From a bacterium (GTDB taxonomy: Bacteria > Verrucomicrobiota > Verrucomicrobiia > Limisphaerales > UBA11358), in assembly GCA_021780375.1 (NCBI GenBank), contig JAJXYT010000111.1, forward strand, positions 10,809 to 74,808: 64,000 bases of DNA, in the 5' to 3' direction. The notes below the pieces were generated by a model that was not told the origin of the DNA, did not search any database, and saw nothing but the letters and a program-made list of their open reading frames with translations. Shown piece after piece: positions 53,346 through 62,110 of the stretch. The first letter of the stretch is position 1, and the number at the start of each line of letters is the position of its first letter. A program made the position numbers and the translations under genes.

Positions 53346-53658
53346 AGCGGGATGAATTTTCGGCAGCCACCTTCTGCAAATAATCAAACGAATATATTCC
53401 GGTTGCATGTCCATCTGCCCAAACCGGCTGAATGGCATAGCCACCCACATGGGAAAACCGGACCAACTGGAATGCCGGCGGCGCCAGTTGTCGTTCGGGA
53501 TTTTTATGAATATTCCCCAAGATATCCGCTTCACCCTGGCAGCCGGCGCAGGGACACCGTCGCCGCAACGTTTTCAGCGGAATGAAACTTTCATTCCCGT
53601 CATCCCATTTGATGGCCAGTTCCTGGCCGATCAGTTGAATGTCCAATGGTCGTATCAA
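53344..53658 (-). CDS. DUF971 domain protein
   Basis: ...RRRCPCAGCQGE... and ...GYAIQPVWADGHATGIYSFDYL match the DUF971 pattern. Confidence 0.75.
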   Translation of the reverse strand: MIRPLDIQLIGQELAIKWDDGNESFIPLKTLRRRCPCAGCQGEADILGNIHKNPERQLAPPAFQLVRFSHVGGYAIQPVWADGHATGIYSFDYLQKVAAENSSR

Positions 53659-54116
53659 CGCTTTTTCAGGCGCCGCTCAAAGGCGGCCAGGGTTTCCGGG
53701 CTGACGTGATGTTCGATGCCCTCCGCATCCAGTTGCGCGGCTTTTGGGGAAATGCCGAGCGATTGCAGAAAGGCCACCACCGTTTCGTGCCGTTGCTTGC
53801 TCTCCGCCGCCAGCGTGCGGCCGGCGGCGGTCAGGAAAATGGCGCGGTAAGGCCTGGTGTTCACGTAACCTGCCTGTCGCAGGCGCGCCAGCGTGCGATT
53901 GACCGTGACGTGGGTGACGCCCAGCCGCCGCGCCAGATCCACCACGCGCGCTTTGCCGACGGAGGCCGACAAATCAGCAATGGCCTCGACGTAATCCTGC
54001 ACGACTTCCGTGGCGCGATCGCGCCGCGAACGGCGGAAGTTTTCGGCCTGCAGCGCGGACAGCCGTGTCAGTGAGCTGCGGGTCACCGCCGGCGAATTTC
54101 GATTGGCACGCGGCAT
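53655..54116 (-). CDS. mntR: manganese-responsive transcriptional regulator (DtxR/MntR family)
   Basis: VQDYVEAIADL...ARVVDLARRLGVTHVTVNRTLARLRQAGYV... Length is ~150 aa. Divergent from an Nramp gene. Confidence 0.8.
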   Translation of the reverse strand: MPRANRNSPAVTRSSLTRLSALQAENFRRSRRDRATEVVQDYVEAIADLSASVGKARVVDLARRLGVTHVTVNRTLARLRQAGYVNTRPYRAIFLTAAGRTLAAESKQRHETVVAFLQSLGISPKAAQLDAEGIEHHVSPETLAAFERRLKKR

Positions 54117-54163
54117 GATTTGGAAAGTGGAGCCGAAGGCGCTTTCAAAGTCCAGTTTTATTT

Positions 54164-54222
54164 TGTAACTCAGGCTACATTCGGCTTTGACACCCGGAAG
54201 TTTGCTTGTATCTTAGGCTACA
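54164..54222. promoter_or_regulatory. two 16-bp quasi-palindromic boxes in the mntR/mntH divergent region (candidate MntR operators)
   Basis: TGTAACTCAGGCTACA (54164-54179) and TGTATCTTAGGCTACA (54207-54222), with a TGTA..C......G.TACA dyad. Centres are 43 nt apart. Confidence 0.55.
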
Positions 54223-54248
54223 CATTTTTGAATCGTGAGCACCAGGGT

Positions 54249-55661
54249 GTGAAAACCGCAAACTCCAAACCGGGCGACCGGGTTGCTGCCGAATCAGCCT
54301 GGCGCGTGCCCAGGGGACGGGTTTCCCTGCCGGAAGTTCACCGCAGCATCGTCGTTCCCACGAACGCCCCTTTTTGGCGGAAGCTGCTGGCGTTTTCCGG
54401 CCCCGGCTTTCTCATCGCCGTCGGTTACATGGATCCCGGCAACTGGGCGACCGACCTCTCCGGCGGCGCGCAGTTTGGCTACACTTTGCTGTTCATCGTC
54501 ATGCTCTCCAACCTCATGGCGATCCTGCTCCAGCACCTTTCCATTAAACTGGGCGTCGCCACCGGACGCGACCTGGCGCAGGCGTGCCGCGACCATTACT
54601 CCACGGCAACGGTATGGTTTCTGTGGATTCTCTGTGAAATTGCCATTGGCGCCTGCGACCTGGCGGAAGTCGTCGGCTCCGCCATTGCGTTACAACTGTT
54701 ATTTGGCATCCCGCTGGTCTGGGGCTGCCTCATCACCGCGCTGGACGTGATCGCCGTGCTTTTTTTGCAGGCAAAAGGTTTCCGTTATATCGAAGCATTG
54801 GTCATCATACTGATTGCGACCATCGCCGGTTGTTTCAGCGTGGAACTGTTTTTTTCGAAACCCCAGGTTGGGCCCATGCTGCTGGGCTTCCTTCCCGGCC
54901 CGGAGCTGTTGAAGAACCAGAACATGCTTTACGTTGCCATCGGCATCATTGGCGCGACGGTGATGCCGCACAACCTGTATCTGCATTCGTCCATTGTCCA
55001 GACGCGCAAATACGAGCAGACGGCCGGTGGCAAACGCGAAGCCATCAAGTTTGCGACCATTGACTCGACCGTGGCGCTCATGTTTGCGCTGCTCGTCAAT
55101 GGCGCCATCCTTGCCCTGGCGGCGGCGGCGTTCCACTGGTCGGGCCATCAAAATGTGGCGGAAATTCAGGACGCCTACAAGTTGCTCAGTCCTTTGCTGG
55201 GTGTTGGGGTTGCCAGTGTCTTGTTTGCCGTGGCGTTGCTCGCGTCCGGACAGAACTCCACGCTCACCGGTACGCTCGCGGGTCAGGTCGTCATGGAAGG
55301 TTTCGTAAACATCCGGCTCCGTCCGTGGCTGCGCCGGTTGCTGACCCGGTTGCTTGCCATTGTTCCGGCGGTGTGCGTCATCGGATTTTTCGGCGAAAGC
55401 AAAACCACCGAACTGCTCATCGCCAGCCAGGTGGTATTAAGCATGCAGTTGGGATTTGCGGTCTGGCCGTTGCTGCGGTTTACCGGTGAGAAGGCGAAAA
55501 TGGGCGAGTTCGCCAACGCGCTTTGGCTGAAAATTCTCGGCTGGACGACCGCGGCCACCATCATCATCCTGAACGGGAAACTGCTCTTAGACGCCTTTTT
55601 GCCCGGCCCGGTCTTGAAGGTGCTCTACGGGCATCTCGGATTGCCCCTGCCGACGCAGTAG
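54249..55661 (+). CDS. mntH: Nramp-family divalent metal (Mn2+/Fe2+) transporter
   Basis: GPGFLIAVGYMDPGNWATDL and MPHNLYLHS signatures. The start was moved to GTG 54249 because the track start at 54120 would cover the operator region. There is no in-frame ATG before the conserved core. Confidence 0.85.
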   Translation: MKTANSKPGDRVAAESAWRVPRGRVSLPEVHRSIVVPTNAPFWRKLLAFSGPGFLIAVGYMDPGNWATDLSGGAQFGYTLLFIVMLSNLMAILLQHLSIKLGVATGRDLAQACRDHYSTATVWFLWILCEIAIGACDLAEVVGSAIALQLLFGIPLVWGCLITALDVIAVLFLQAKGFRYIEALVIILIATIAGCFSVELFFSKPQVGPMLLGFLPGPELLKNQNMLYVAIGIIGATVMPHNLYLHSSIVQTRKYEQTAGGKREAIKFATIDSTVALMFALLVNGAILALAAAAFHWSGHQNVAEIQDAYKLLSPLLGVGVASVLFAVALLASGQNSTLTGTLAGQVVMEGFVNIRLRPWLRRLLTRLLAIVPAVCVIGFFGESKTTELLIASQVVLSMQLGFAVWPLLRFTGEKAKMGEFANALWLKILGWTTAATIIILNGKLLLDAFLPGPVLKVLYGHLGLPLPTQ

Positions 55662-55666
55662 CGACC

Positions 55667-56095
55667 ATGTACCAACATATTCTCATTCCGCTGGAAAACA
55701 GCGCCGCCGACCAGGTCATTCTGGACCACATCACCCCGCTGGTCAGGTTGACCGGGGCGAAATTGCTTTTGTTGCACGTGGCCGACGGCTGGGCGGCGAG
55801 AAATTTCAATCAACTCAAGCTGGCTGAATCCGAGGAAATGAAAAGCGATCGCGAGTACCTCGAAAAAATCGCCGGCCAGCTGCGCGGCGACGGGTTTGCC
55901 GTCCAGACCATGCTGGCGCTGGGCGATCCGCCGCAGGAGATCCTGAAAGTCGCTGAGGGCGAGCATTGCGATTTGATCGCCATGACCAGCCATGGCCACC
56001 GGCTGTTTGGCGACCTTTTTCACGGCAGCACCATCACCGAAGTCCGCCACCAGACTTCCATCCCCATACTCGTCGTTCGCGCGCGAAAAAAATAG
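55667..56095 (+). CDS. universal stress protein (UspA family)
   Basis: MYQHILIPLENS...LLLLHV...DLIAMTSHGH...GSTITEVRHQTSIPILVV. Confidence 0.85.
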   Translation: MYQHILIPLENSAADQVILDHITPLVRLTGAKLLLLHVADGWAARNFNQLKLAESEEMKSDREYLEKIAGQLRGDGFAVQTMLALGDPPQEILKVAEGEHCDLIAMTSHGHRLFGDLFHGSTITEVRHQTSIPILVVRARKK

Positions 56096-56107
56096 CGCGG
56101 GCACAAA

Positions 56108-56509
56108 TCACTTTCCCGCCAGTGGCGATTCCGCCGGTCGCTCAACCAGATGCAGCAGATTTCCTTCGAAATCCTCGAAGAACAACACCCGACCACCACC
56201 CGCCGCCGGCCGGACTTCTTCGCCAAACTTCACGCCGCGTCTTTCCAATTCGGCTTTGGCCACCTCGATCGAATCCACCCGCAGGGCAACGTGGCGAAAG
56301 CCGGCGAGTTTGTTGTTACCACGTTTTTCCGGCGCGCCTTCGGCGGCATAAATTTCAAACCAGCCGCCGCCCGGCAGGGCCATCAGGCACGTCGGCGGAC
56401 TCTGGCCATTGTTGAAAATTTCGCGCGCGCCCAGAACCCGTTCATACCAGCTTCTCAAGGCGGCCGGGTCCGGAGACGGAATGGCGATGTGTTCGATGGC
56501 AAGGTGCAT
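56108..56509 (-). CDS. VOC-family (glyoxalase/bleomycin-resistance/dioxygenase) protein
   Basis: IEHIAIPSPD...FRHVALRVDSIE...LFFEDFEGNLLHLV. Start placed at MHLAIEH. Confidence 0.75.
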   Translation of the reverse strand: MHLAIEHIAIPSPDPAALRSWYERVLGAREIFNNGQSPPTCLMALPGGGWFEIYAAEGAPEKRGNNKLAGFRHVALRVDSIEVAKAELERRGVKFGEEVRPAAGGGRVLFFEDFEGNLLHLVERPAESPLAGK

Positions 56510-56516
56510 TTGAATG

Positions 56517-56578
56517 TTAAATGAGTGATCGGTTGAATAGTTAAATGAGTTGAAGCCGCCCGGCAATCACTCATTTAA
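56517..56578. repeat. 13-bp perfect inverted repeat TTAAATGAGTGAT / ATCACTCATTTAA in an AT-rich island
   Basis: Arms at 56517-56529 and 56566-56578. An extra TAAATGAGTTG lies in the loop. The region is the divergent VOC/eda spacer. Confidence 0.65.
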
Positions 56579-56659
56579 CGAATCACTGATTTAACGGTTA
56601 ACCGGCTTGAATTTTCGTTCGTTGATCCGGGGTTTTCTGTATCATCGCCGCACGACTCT

Positions 56660-57301
56660 ATGAATAGTGAATCTTTTCTCCAACAGCGGTTGATGTGCAT
56701 CACCACCATTGACCGCGCAGACGACGCCGTGCCGTTGGCCAAGGCCCTCCGCGCCGGGGGACTGAACGTGATGGAAATCACCTTCCGTACCGCCGCCGCC
56801 GCCGAATCCATCCGGCGCGTCCGGCAGGAAGTTCCCCAGATGGCCATCGGCGCAGGCACCTTATTGACGGCCGATCAGGTGCAACAGGCAGCGGCCGCTG
56901 GCGCGCAGTTTGGCGTTTCGCCGGGTCTGAACGAAGCGGTTTTGACGGCGGCCGGCAGAGTTCAGATGCCGTTTTTTCCGGGCATCATGACGCCGACCGA
57001 AGTGGATCATGCTTTGAATCTCGGCTGCAAATATTTGAAGTTTTTTCCGGCGGAATCTGCCGGCGGCGCGGCGATGCTCAAGGCGCTGGCCGGACCGTTT
57101 GCGCATACGGGCGTGAAATTCCTTCCTACCGGCGGCATCAACGCCGCCACCCTGGCGAATTACCTGGCCTTGCCGCAGGTGGCCGCGGTCGGCGGTTCGT
57201 GGATGGCCGAAAAGAAGCTCGTCGTCGCAAAAGCCTGGGGCAAAATCACCGCGATTACCGTCGAAGCATTGAAGATGGTTGCGCAGTCTCAGAAAGCGTA
57301 G
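56660..57301 (+). CDS. eda: 2-dehydro-3-deoxy-phosphogluconate (KDPG) / 4-hydroxy-2-oxoglutarate aldolase
   Basis: MEITFRT...AIGAGT...GAQFGVSPG...PGIMTPTEV...LKFFPAE..GG...PTGGI...GGSW is collinear with E. coli Eda. Confidence 0.9.
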   Translation: MNSESFLQQRLMCITTIDRADDAVPLAKALRAGGLNVMEITFRTAAAAESIRRVRQEVPQMAIGAGTLLTADQVQQAAAAGAQFGVSPGLNEAVLTAAGRVQMPFFPGIMTPTEVDHALNLGCKYLKFFPAESAGGAAMLKALAGPFAHTGVKFLPTGGINAATLANYLALPQVAAVGGSWMAEKKLVVAKAWGKITAITVEALKMVAQSQKA

Positions 57302-57360
57302 CAGCCGACGTGAGTCGGCTCATAATTCCAAAGTCAGAGCGGACCAACGTCCGCTGCTAC
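57298..57360. repeat. imperfect 24-bp inverted repeat at the convergent eda / GH105 junction (possible bidirectional terminator)
   Basis: GTAGCAGCCGACGTGAGTCGGCTC ... GAGCGGACCAACGTCCGCTGCTAC, about 20/24 complementary. Each arm holds its own small hairpin. Confidence 0.5.
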
Positions 57361-57369
57361 GAATATAAA

Positions 57370-59898
57370 TCAATTCCCGATCGTCACCTGCAACGGCTGG
57401 TCGCGGCGTTCGGCGAATCGGCGAACGTAATCATTCCACGATTTGGCGGTGGGAAAATCGCCGCTCTCGCTCCAGCCCGCGCCGGCGTAATAAACCAGCG
57501 GCTTGCCGACCTCGGCCCGCGTGGTGGCCAGCAAATCGCGGATTGGCGGCTGGCCTTCGCCGAGCGTGTGGGTCGGTGGTGTGAACGCGCTGGCCGGCAG
57601 ATTCGGATTGTCGTTGGTGAAGGCTTCGACGCTGCCCTTCGGCAACACGATGGCGACCGCGATGGTGCCTTTGGCAAAATCCCGCGGCTGCCAGTAAGTC
57701 ATCCAGCCTTCCTTTTGGTTTTGCACGACCAGGCCCTTGGCGGTGCTGTTTTGCCACGAGTCAATCGCCGGCGAGCCGTCCGGCACAATGACATTGTCGC
57801 CGGGGCGTTCGGCCAGTCCGACACCGATGGTCAGCGGCGATTTGTCGTCACTGCTGAAGGAGCATTCGAAGCGGCTCAGGTTTGAGCCGGCGTCAATGCT
57901 GACGCGTTTGGTTTCGGAGACCATTCTTCCGTCGGCGTCCCACGCGCCGTAGGTCAGTTCAAATTCGGAGCGAATCGGCCCGGTCGTGATGATCCTGTAA
58001 GTGCGCCAGTTTTTGGAGACGTACAGCTTGCCGTCCTGCCAAATGCCCAGCCCACCGCAACCGCGCGTCCTGCCAACCTTGTAATCGTCCTGCGACGGGC
58101 CGCTTATGTTAAACAGGTCCATGGTCCGGTACATGTCGTTGACGACAAGATGGCGGGTGCGTTTGATCCAGACATCCACGCCGCTGCTGGTCAGCGGCTC
58201 TTTCTTCCACGTTTCCAGCGCCTTGCCGTACATGCGGTGCGCGATACGGTCGCTTTCCCAGGCGAAATCGTCCTCTCGTTCCGGTACGTAACGCGCGAAA
58301 GTCTTGACGATGGGCGGCGGCACGGCAGCCAGAGCCGAGGCATCTAAAATGTAGAATTTTCGCGTCTCACGCGGCGCAAGGTCAACCTGGAAAAGCAATT
58401 TGTCTGAGTAAATCGGATTGTTTGTATCAGAGACATAAACTTGAGAATCCAAAATCCGGGAGGAAACTCCATCCATCACGGCCAATATTTTAGCGTGCTT
58501 GCCCGTCGACGGGTTATCGCCCAGGGCCGGAACCAGATTGATTTGAGTAGGAAGTTCAACGGTTTCGCAATCCCGGCGAAATGAAGCAGGATTTGTTACT
58601 TTGACCAATACGCGGCCTGACGGGTGTTGCATGTTTGGCAAAGAAAATGTTTGCGGAAAAATGCGGGGCTCTTCTAAAACCGCCATCCGATAGACTTCGC
58701 TTCCCGCGAGCAAAAACGCGCCGTCGCCGTAAGGTTCAGTCGTGTCAGCATCGAACTTTTTCGGATCAGCGCCGGGAGGTTGAACGTGCGTCAGTTTGCC
58801 ATTGGCGCCCACGCAATCTACCAGTGCCATCCAGCCTTTGCGGACCGCCGGCTCATATTTGGCGCGGTCGAGCAGGCCTTGGTTCACGCCCCAGGCCAGG
58901 GCGTAGGTGAACAGGGCGGAACCGCTGGTTTCCTTTTCAGGATAATCCGCCGGGTCCAGCAAACTGGCCCGCCAAAGGCCGTCGGGTTGCTGCAACGTCA
59001 CTATTTTCGCAGCCATGTCCTTGAACAACTGCTCGAAGCGCGGCCGGTCGGGATGGTTCGTCGGCAGATATTGCAGCACGCGCACCAGCCCGGCCATGAC
59101 CCAGCCGTTGCCCCGGCTCCAGAAGATCTTCTGGCCGTTGGCTTCACGTTTGTCGAAATACGTGCTGTCGCGGAAGAACAGGTGCTCGTCCTTGTCGTAA
59201 AGATAATCCGTGGTGCGCCACCAGTTGGTCACGGCAAAATCCAGATACCGTTCATCACCGGTCGCGGCGTAAAGCCGTACCCACGTCGGCGGCGCCATGA
59301 AGAGCGAATCGCACCAGGACCACAGTTCCTGTGCCTTTCCATGCGGCTGCGTAAAATCGAGGCTGGGTGCGTCTGATGGATGAGCCAGGATGAAATTAAA
59401 CCGTTCCCGCAGGGGAGCGATCATTTTATTTTCACGGTAAAGAAAATAAAGTTCCGTCCAGACCTGTCCCTCGCACTGATCGTCGGCGTGATATTTTCGC
59501 CCTTGGTGCGCCGCCAGCTCCCAATCACTGGCCTCACCCTTGGCGAGCATCGCCTCGCGGTATTTCGGGTCGCCGGAAATTCCGGCCAGGGCCATCATGC
59601 CCGCGTCGCCAACGGCCTGAACCCAGCCGGTGGTCCGGTTCGTAACGGAGTGCGCCAGTTCCCAATCTCCCACGCGCTGCATCGCCGTGAGCACGGCATA
59701 AGGTTTCACCGCCGGGGAAAGGCTCGCGGTCAATGTGACAGGAGCGGGCAGGGGAAATACACCCGGTTGTGTGGTGGGAACGGACCCGGGAGATGTGCCC
59801 GGTTGCGCAAAAAGCGGCAGGGATGCGGTGAGACAGGTCAACGCGGCGAGCAGGCTGGCGAGCCGGTTAAAAGTTCCAGAAAGAGGGATGGTTTTCAT
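57370..59898 (-). CDS. fusion of a GH105/GH88-type unsaturated glycuronyl hydrolase and a DUF4861 domain
   Basis: N-half: WSWCDSLFMAPPTW, WSRGNGWVMAGL and ETSGSALFTYA (Glyco_hydro_88 pattern). C-half: DDFAWESDRIAHRMYG...SGVDVWIKRT (DUF4861 pattern). Signal peptide present. Confidence 0.8.
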   Translation of the reverse strand: MKTIPLSGTFNRLASLLAALTCLTASLPLFAQPGTSPGSVPTTQPGVFPLPAPVTLTASLSPAVKPYAVLTAMQRVGDWELAHSVTNRTTGWVQAVGDAGMMALAGISGDPKYREAMLAKGEASDWELAAHQGRKYHADDQCEGQVWTELYFLYRENKMIAPLRERFNFILAHPSDAPSLDFTQPHGKAQELWSWCDSLFMAPPTWVRLYAATGDERYLDFAVTNWWRTTDYLYDKDEHLFFRDSTYFDKREANGQKIFWSRGNGWVMAGLVRVLQYLPTNHPDRPRFEQLFKDMAAKIVTLQQPDGLWRASLLDPADYPEKETSGSALFTYALAWGVNQGLLDRAKYEPAVRKGWMALVDCVGANGKLTHVQPPGADPKKFDADTTEPYGDGAFLLAGSEVYRMAVLEEPRIFPQTFSLPNMQHPSGRVLVKVTNPASFRRDCETVELPTQINLVPALGDNPSTGKHAKILAVMDGVSSRILDSQVYVSDTNNPIYSDKLLFQVDLAPRETRKFYILDASALAAVPPPIVKTFARYVPEREDDFAWESDRIAHRMYGKALETWKKEPLTSSGVDVWIKRTRHLVVNDMYRTMDLFNISGPSQDDYKVGRTRGCGGLGIWQDGKLYVSKNWRTYRIITTGPIRSEFELTYGAWDADGRMVSETKRVSIDAGSNLSRFECSFSSDDKSPLTIGVGLAERPGDNVIVPDGSPAIDSWQNSTAKGLVVQNQKEGWMTYWQPRDFAKGTIAVAIVLPKGSVEAFTNDNPNLPASAFTPPTHTLGEGQPPIRDLLATTRAEVGKPLVYYAGAGWSESGDFPTAKSWNDYVRRFAERRDQPLQVTIGN

Positions 59899-59935
59899 AC
59901 GCCATGGATCGGATTAACAGATTTTTGGGCCGGCG

Positions 59936-61186
59936 TCAGGGAATTTGTTGGGTCGCGCCGTGTGGCGGATCGGTTGATTTTTGCACTTCACTGCCGGCGA
60001 GGATGAAAGGGCCGATCCCTTTGAGATCATTGTCCACCACCGGTTCGTGGACGTAGTACTCGAATGAACCATCCCGCCCGTAGCCCAGCCCGGCCACCGA
60101 ACAGCAATGGGTCAACGACCATCTCCCGTTGCCGTCGTCCCGGATGAGATGCTCAATGATGCCGCGATAACCTTTCAACACCGCCGGCTCATAGCTGCGC
60201 GGGAGATAACCGTGATTGATGCCTTTGGCCATTGCATAAACGAACATGCCCGACGCCGTCGCTTCAAGGTAATTGCCCTTGCGCTGGCCCTGGTCAACCA
60301 CCTGCCACCAAAGGCCCGTCCGCGGATCCTGATATTTCACCACGCCGGCGCATAATTTCTGGAAGGTGGCGATGATTTGTGGCCGCGCCGGATGATTCGT
60401 CGGGAAATAATCGAGCACATCCACCATCGCCATGGCATACCAGCCGATGGCGCGCCCCCAGAAATTGGACGACGTGCCGGTGATTCTGTCCGCCCACGGC
60501 TGCGATTTGCTTTCATCCCAGCCATGATAAAACAATCCGGTCCTGGGATTGTAAGTGTGCTCGTCAGCCAGACGAATCTGTTTGGCAACGTCGTTGAAAT
60601 CCGCCGGTTCATCGAACAACTTTGCGTACTCGGCATAAAACGGCTCCGCCATGTAAAGTCCATCGAGCCACATCTGATGAGGATATCGCTGCTTATGCCA
60701 GAACCCGCCGTCACCGGTGCGTGGCTGGGTGTCGAATTGCTTTCGCAGCAGGGTGGCGGCGCTGTGATAGCGTTCATCGCCAGTAATTCGCCACAGTGAC
60801 AGCACCGTCCGGCCCGGCGCGAGGTTGTCCAGACTTTCATCCTGCGGCTTGTAACCGTTGATTCCTCCATCCGGCTTGATGAACGAACCCATTGTGTCCT
60901 CGGCGAATTTAAGGTCATGCGGGTTGTGTGTCTGTTCGTTCAATTTGAGCAACGCCAACGTAAACAAGCCGGTGGTGTAATCCCATTTGGCCTTGCCGCC
61001 CGGCTTCCAGGCCAGACTGTCGCCGCGGCGTGCCATTTCCGAATCAGCCAGGCGCTGCGACCAGGCCAGCGGCGAAGCGCCGGAAAATTTCGCGGGTGGC
61101 AACTTTTCCGTCGCGCATGAAACGGACGAAAGACAAAGACCGGCAATGCCCAGCAGACAAAACAACCGATTGAAGATCTTTTTCAT
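59936..61186 (-). CDS. GH105-family unsaturated rhamnogalacturonyl hydrolase (YteR/YesR-like), lipoprotein
   Basis: Start at MKKIFNRLFCLLGIAGLCLSSVSCAT. Blocks: MWLDGLYMAEPFYAEYA, WGRAIGWYAMAMVD, EATASGMFVYA. The track extension to 61660 overlaps kduD. Confidence 0.85.
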   Translation of the reverse strand: MKKIFNRLFCLLGIAGLCLSSVSCATEKLPPAKFSGASPLAWSQRLADSEMARRGDSLAWKPGGKAKWDYTTGLFTLALLKLNEQTHNPHDLKFAEDTMGSFIKPDGGINGYKPQDESLDNLAPGRTVLSLWRITGDERYHSAATLLRKQFDTQPRTGDGGFWHKQRYPHQMWLDGLYMAEPFYAEYAKLFDEPADFNDVAKQIRLADEHTYNPRTGLFYHGWDESKSQPWADRITGTSSNFWGRAIGWYAMAMVDVLDYFPTNHPARPQIIATFQKLCAGVVKYQDPRTGLWWQVVDQGQRKGNYLEATASGMFVYAMAKGINHGYLPRSYEPAVLKGYRGIIEHLIRDDGNGRWSLTHCCSVAGLGYGRDGSFEYYVHEPVVDNDLKGIGPFILAGSEVQKSTDPPHGATQQIP

Positions 61187-61245
61187 TGGACCATAAACCG
61201 TGATTTCATGCCCGTTTGTCAAACGCCCATCGCGCAAACGGATTC

Positions 61246-62019
61246 TCAGCGCCCCAGCCAACCGCCATCCACGCTGAGCACCGAGCCGTTGAGATAATCC
61301 GCGTCGCGGGAAGCCAGAAACACGCAAGCTCCGGCGATGTCTTCGGGTTTGCCCCAACGGCCTTCGGGAATGCGTTCGACGATCGCCTGATTGCGCCGGG
61401 TATCCTCGCGCAAGGCCTGGGTGTTTTCGGTGGCAATGTAGCCTGGCGCAATGGCGTTGACGTTGATGCGTTCCTTCGCCCATTCGTTGGCCAGCGCCTT
61501 GGTGATGCCGGCAAGGCCATGCTTGCTCGCCGTGTAAGCCGGAACCAGGATGCCGCCCTGGAACGAAAGCAGCGACGCAATATTGACGATCTTCAAGCGC
61601 GCGCCGGCAGGCGATTGCTCGCGGCCACCCGTCAGCCACCATTTCGCCACCGCCTGGCAAAGGAAAAAAGGCGTGGACAAATTCGTGCGCAGGACTTCGT
61701 TCCAGTCCGCTTCAGGAAAATCCACCGCCGGCGCGCGGAGAATGATTCCGGCATTGTTGACCAGTGTGTCAATCCGCCCGGTCTGTTTCAAAATTGCCGC
61801 GATCAAACCGGCGGCTTCTGTTTGAGTGGCTTGGCCTAAATCGGCTTTGACCGCAATGAATTCGCCGCCCGCTGCTTTTGCCTTTGCGCCGGTCTCCGCC
61901 AGATCGCTCCGCGCCAGGCCGGCGACGTTCGCGCCTTCCCGCGCGAACGCCACGGCGATGGCCTGCCCGAGGCCCCGGCTCGCGCCGGTGACAACGACCA
62001 CTTGATTTTTGAAACGCAT
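61246..62019 (-). CDS. kduD: 2-dehydro-3-deoxy-D-gluconate 5-dehydrogenase (SDR)
   Basis: TGASRGLG...NIASLLSFQGGILVPAYTASKHGLAGITKALANEWAKERINVNAIAPGYIATENT...DGGWLGR is nearly collinear with E. coli KduD. Confidence 0.85.
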   Translation of the reverse strand: MRFKNQVVVVTGASRGLGQAIAVAFAREGANVAGLARSDLAETGAKAKAAGGEFIAVKADLGQATQTEAAGLIAAILKQTGRIDTLVNNAGIILRAPAVDFPEADWNEVLRTNLSTPFFLCQAVAKWWLTGGREQSPAGARLKIVNIASLLSFQGGILVPAYTASKHGLAGITKALANEWAKERINVNAIAPGYIATENTQALREDTRRNQAIVERIPEGRWGKPEDIAGACVFLASRDADYLNGSVLSVDGGWLGR

Positions 62020-62110
62020 CTTTGGAAAGTAATTCGTTAAATGGGTTAAATGAGTCAGTTTGGTCCCGCTCTGTATCTCGTTTAGCCGATCACTTATTTA
62101 CCAGTTACCC

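Noticed and set aside
61187-61660. N-terminal extensions of ORF-track entries (59936..61660, 46136..47044, 40278..42125, 51283..53292, 54120..55661, 55523..56095, 56108..56566, 47231..48157, 21593..22720)
   Set aside because: The extensions overlap the neighbouring gene or a predicted promoter/operator and have atypical composition. Internal starts give proper signal peptides or family-typical N-termini, often with ATGA coupling.
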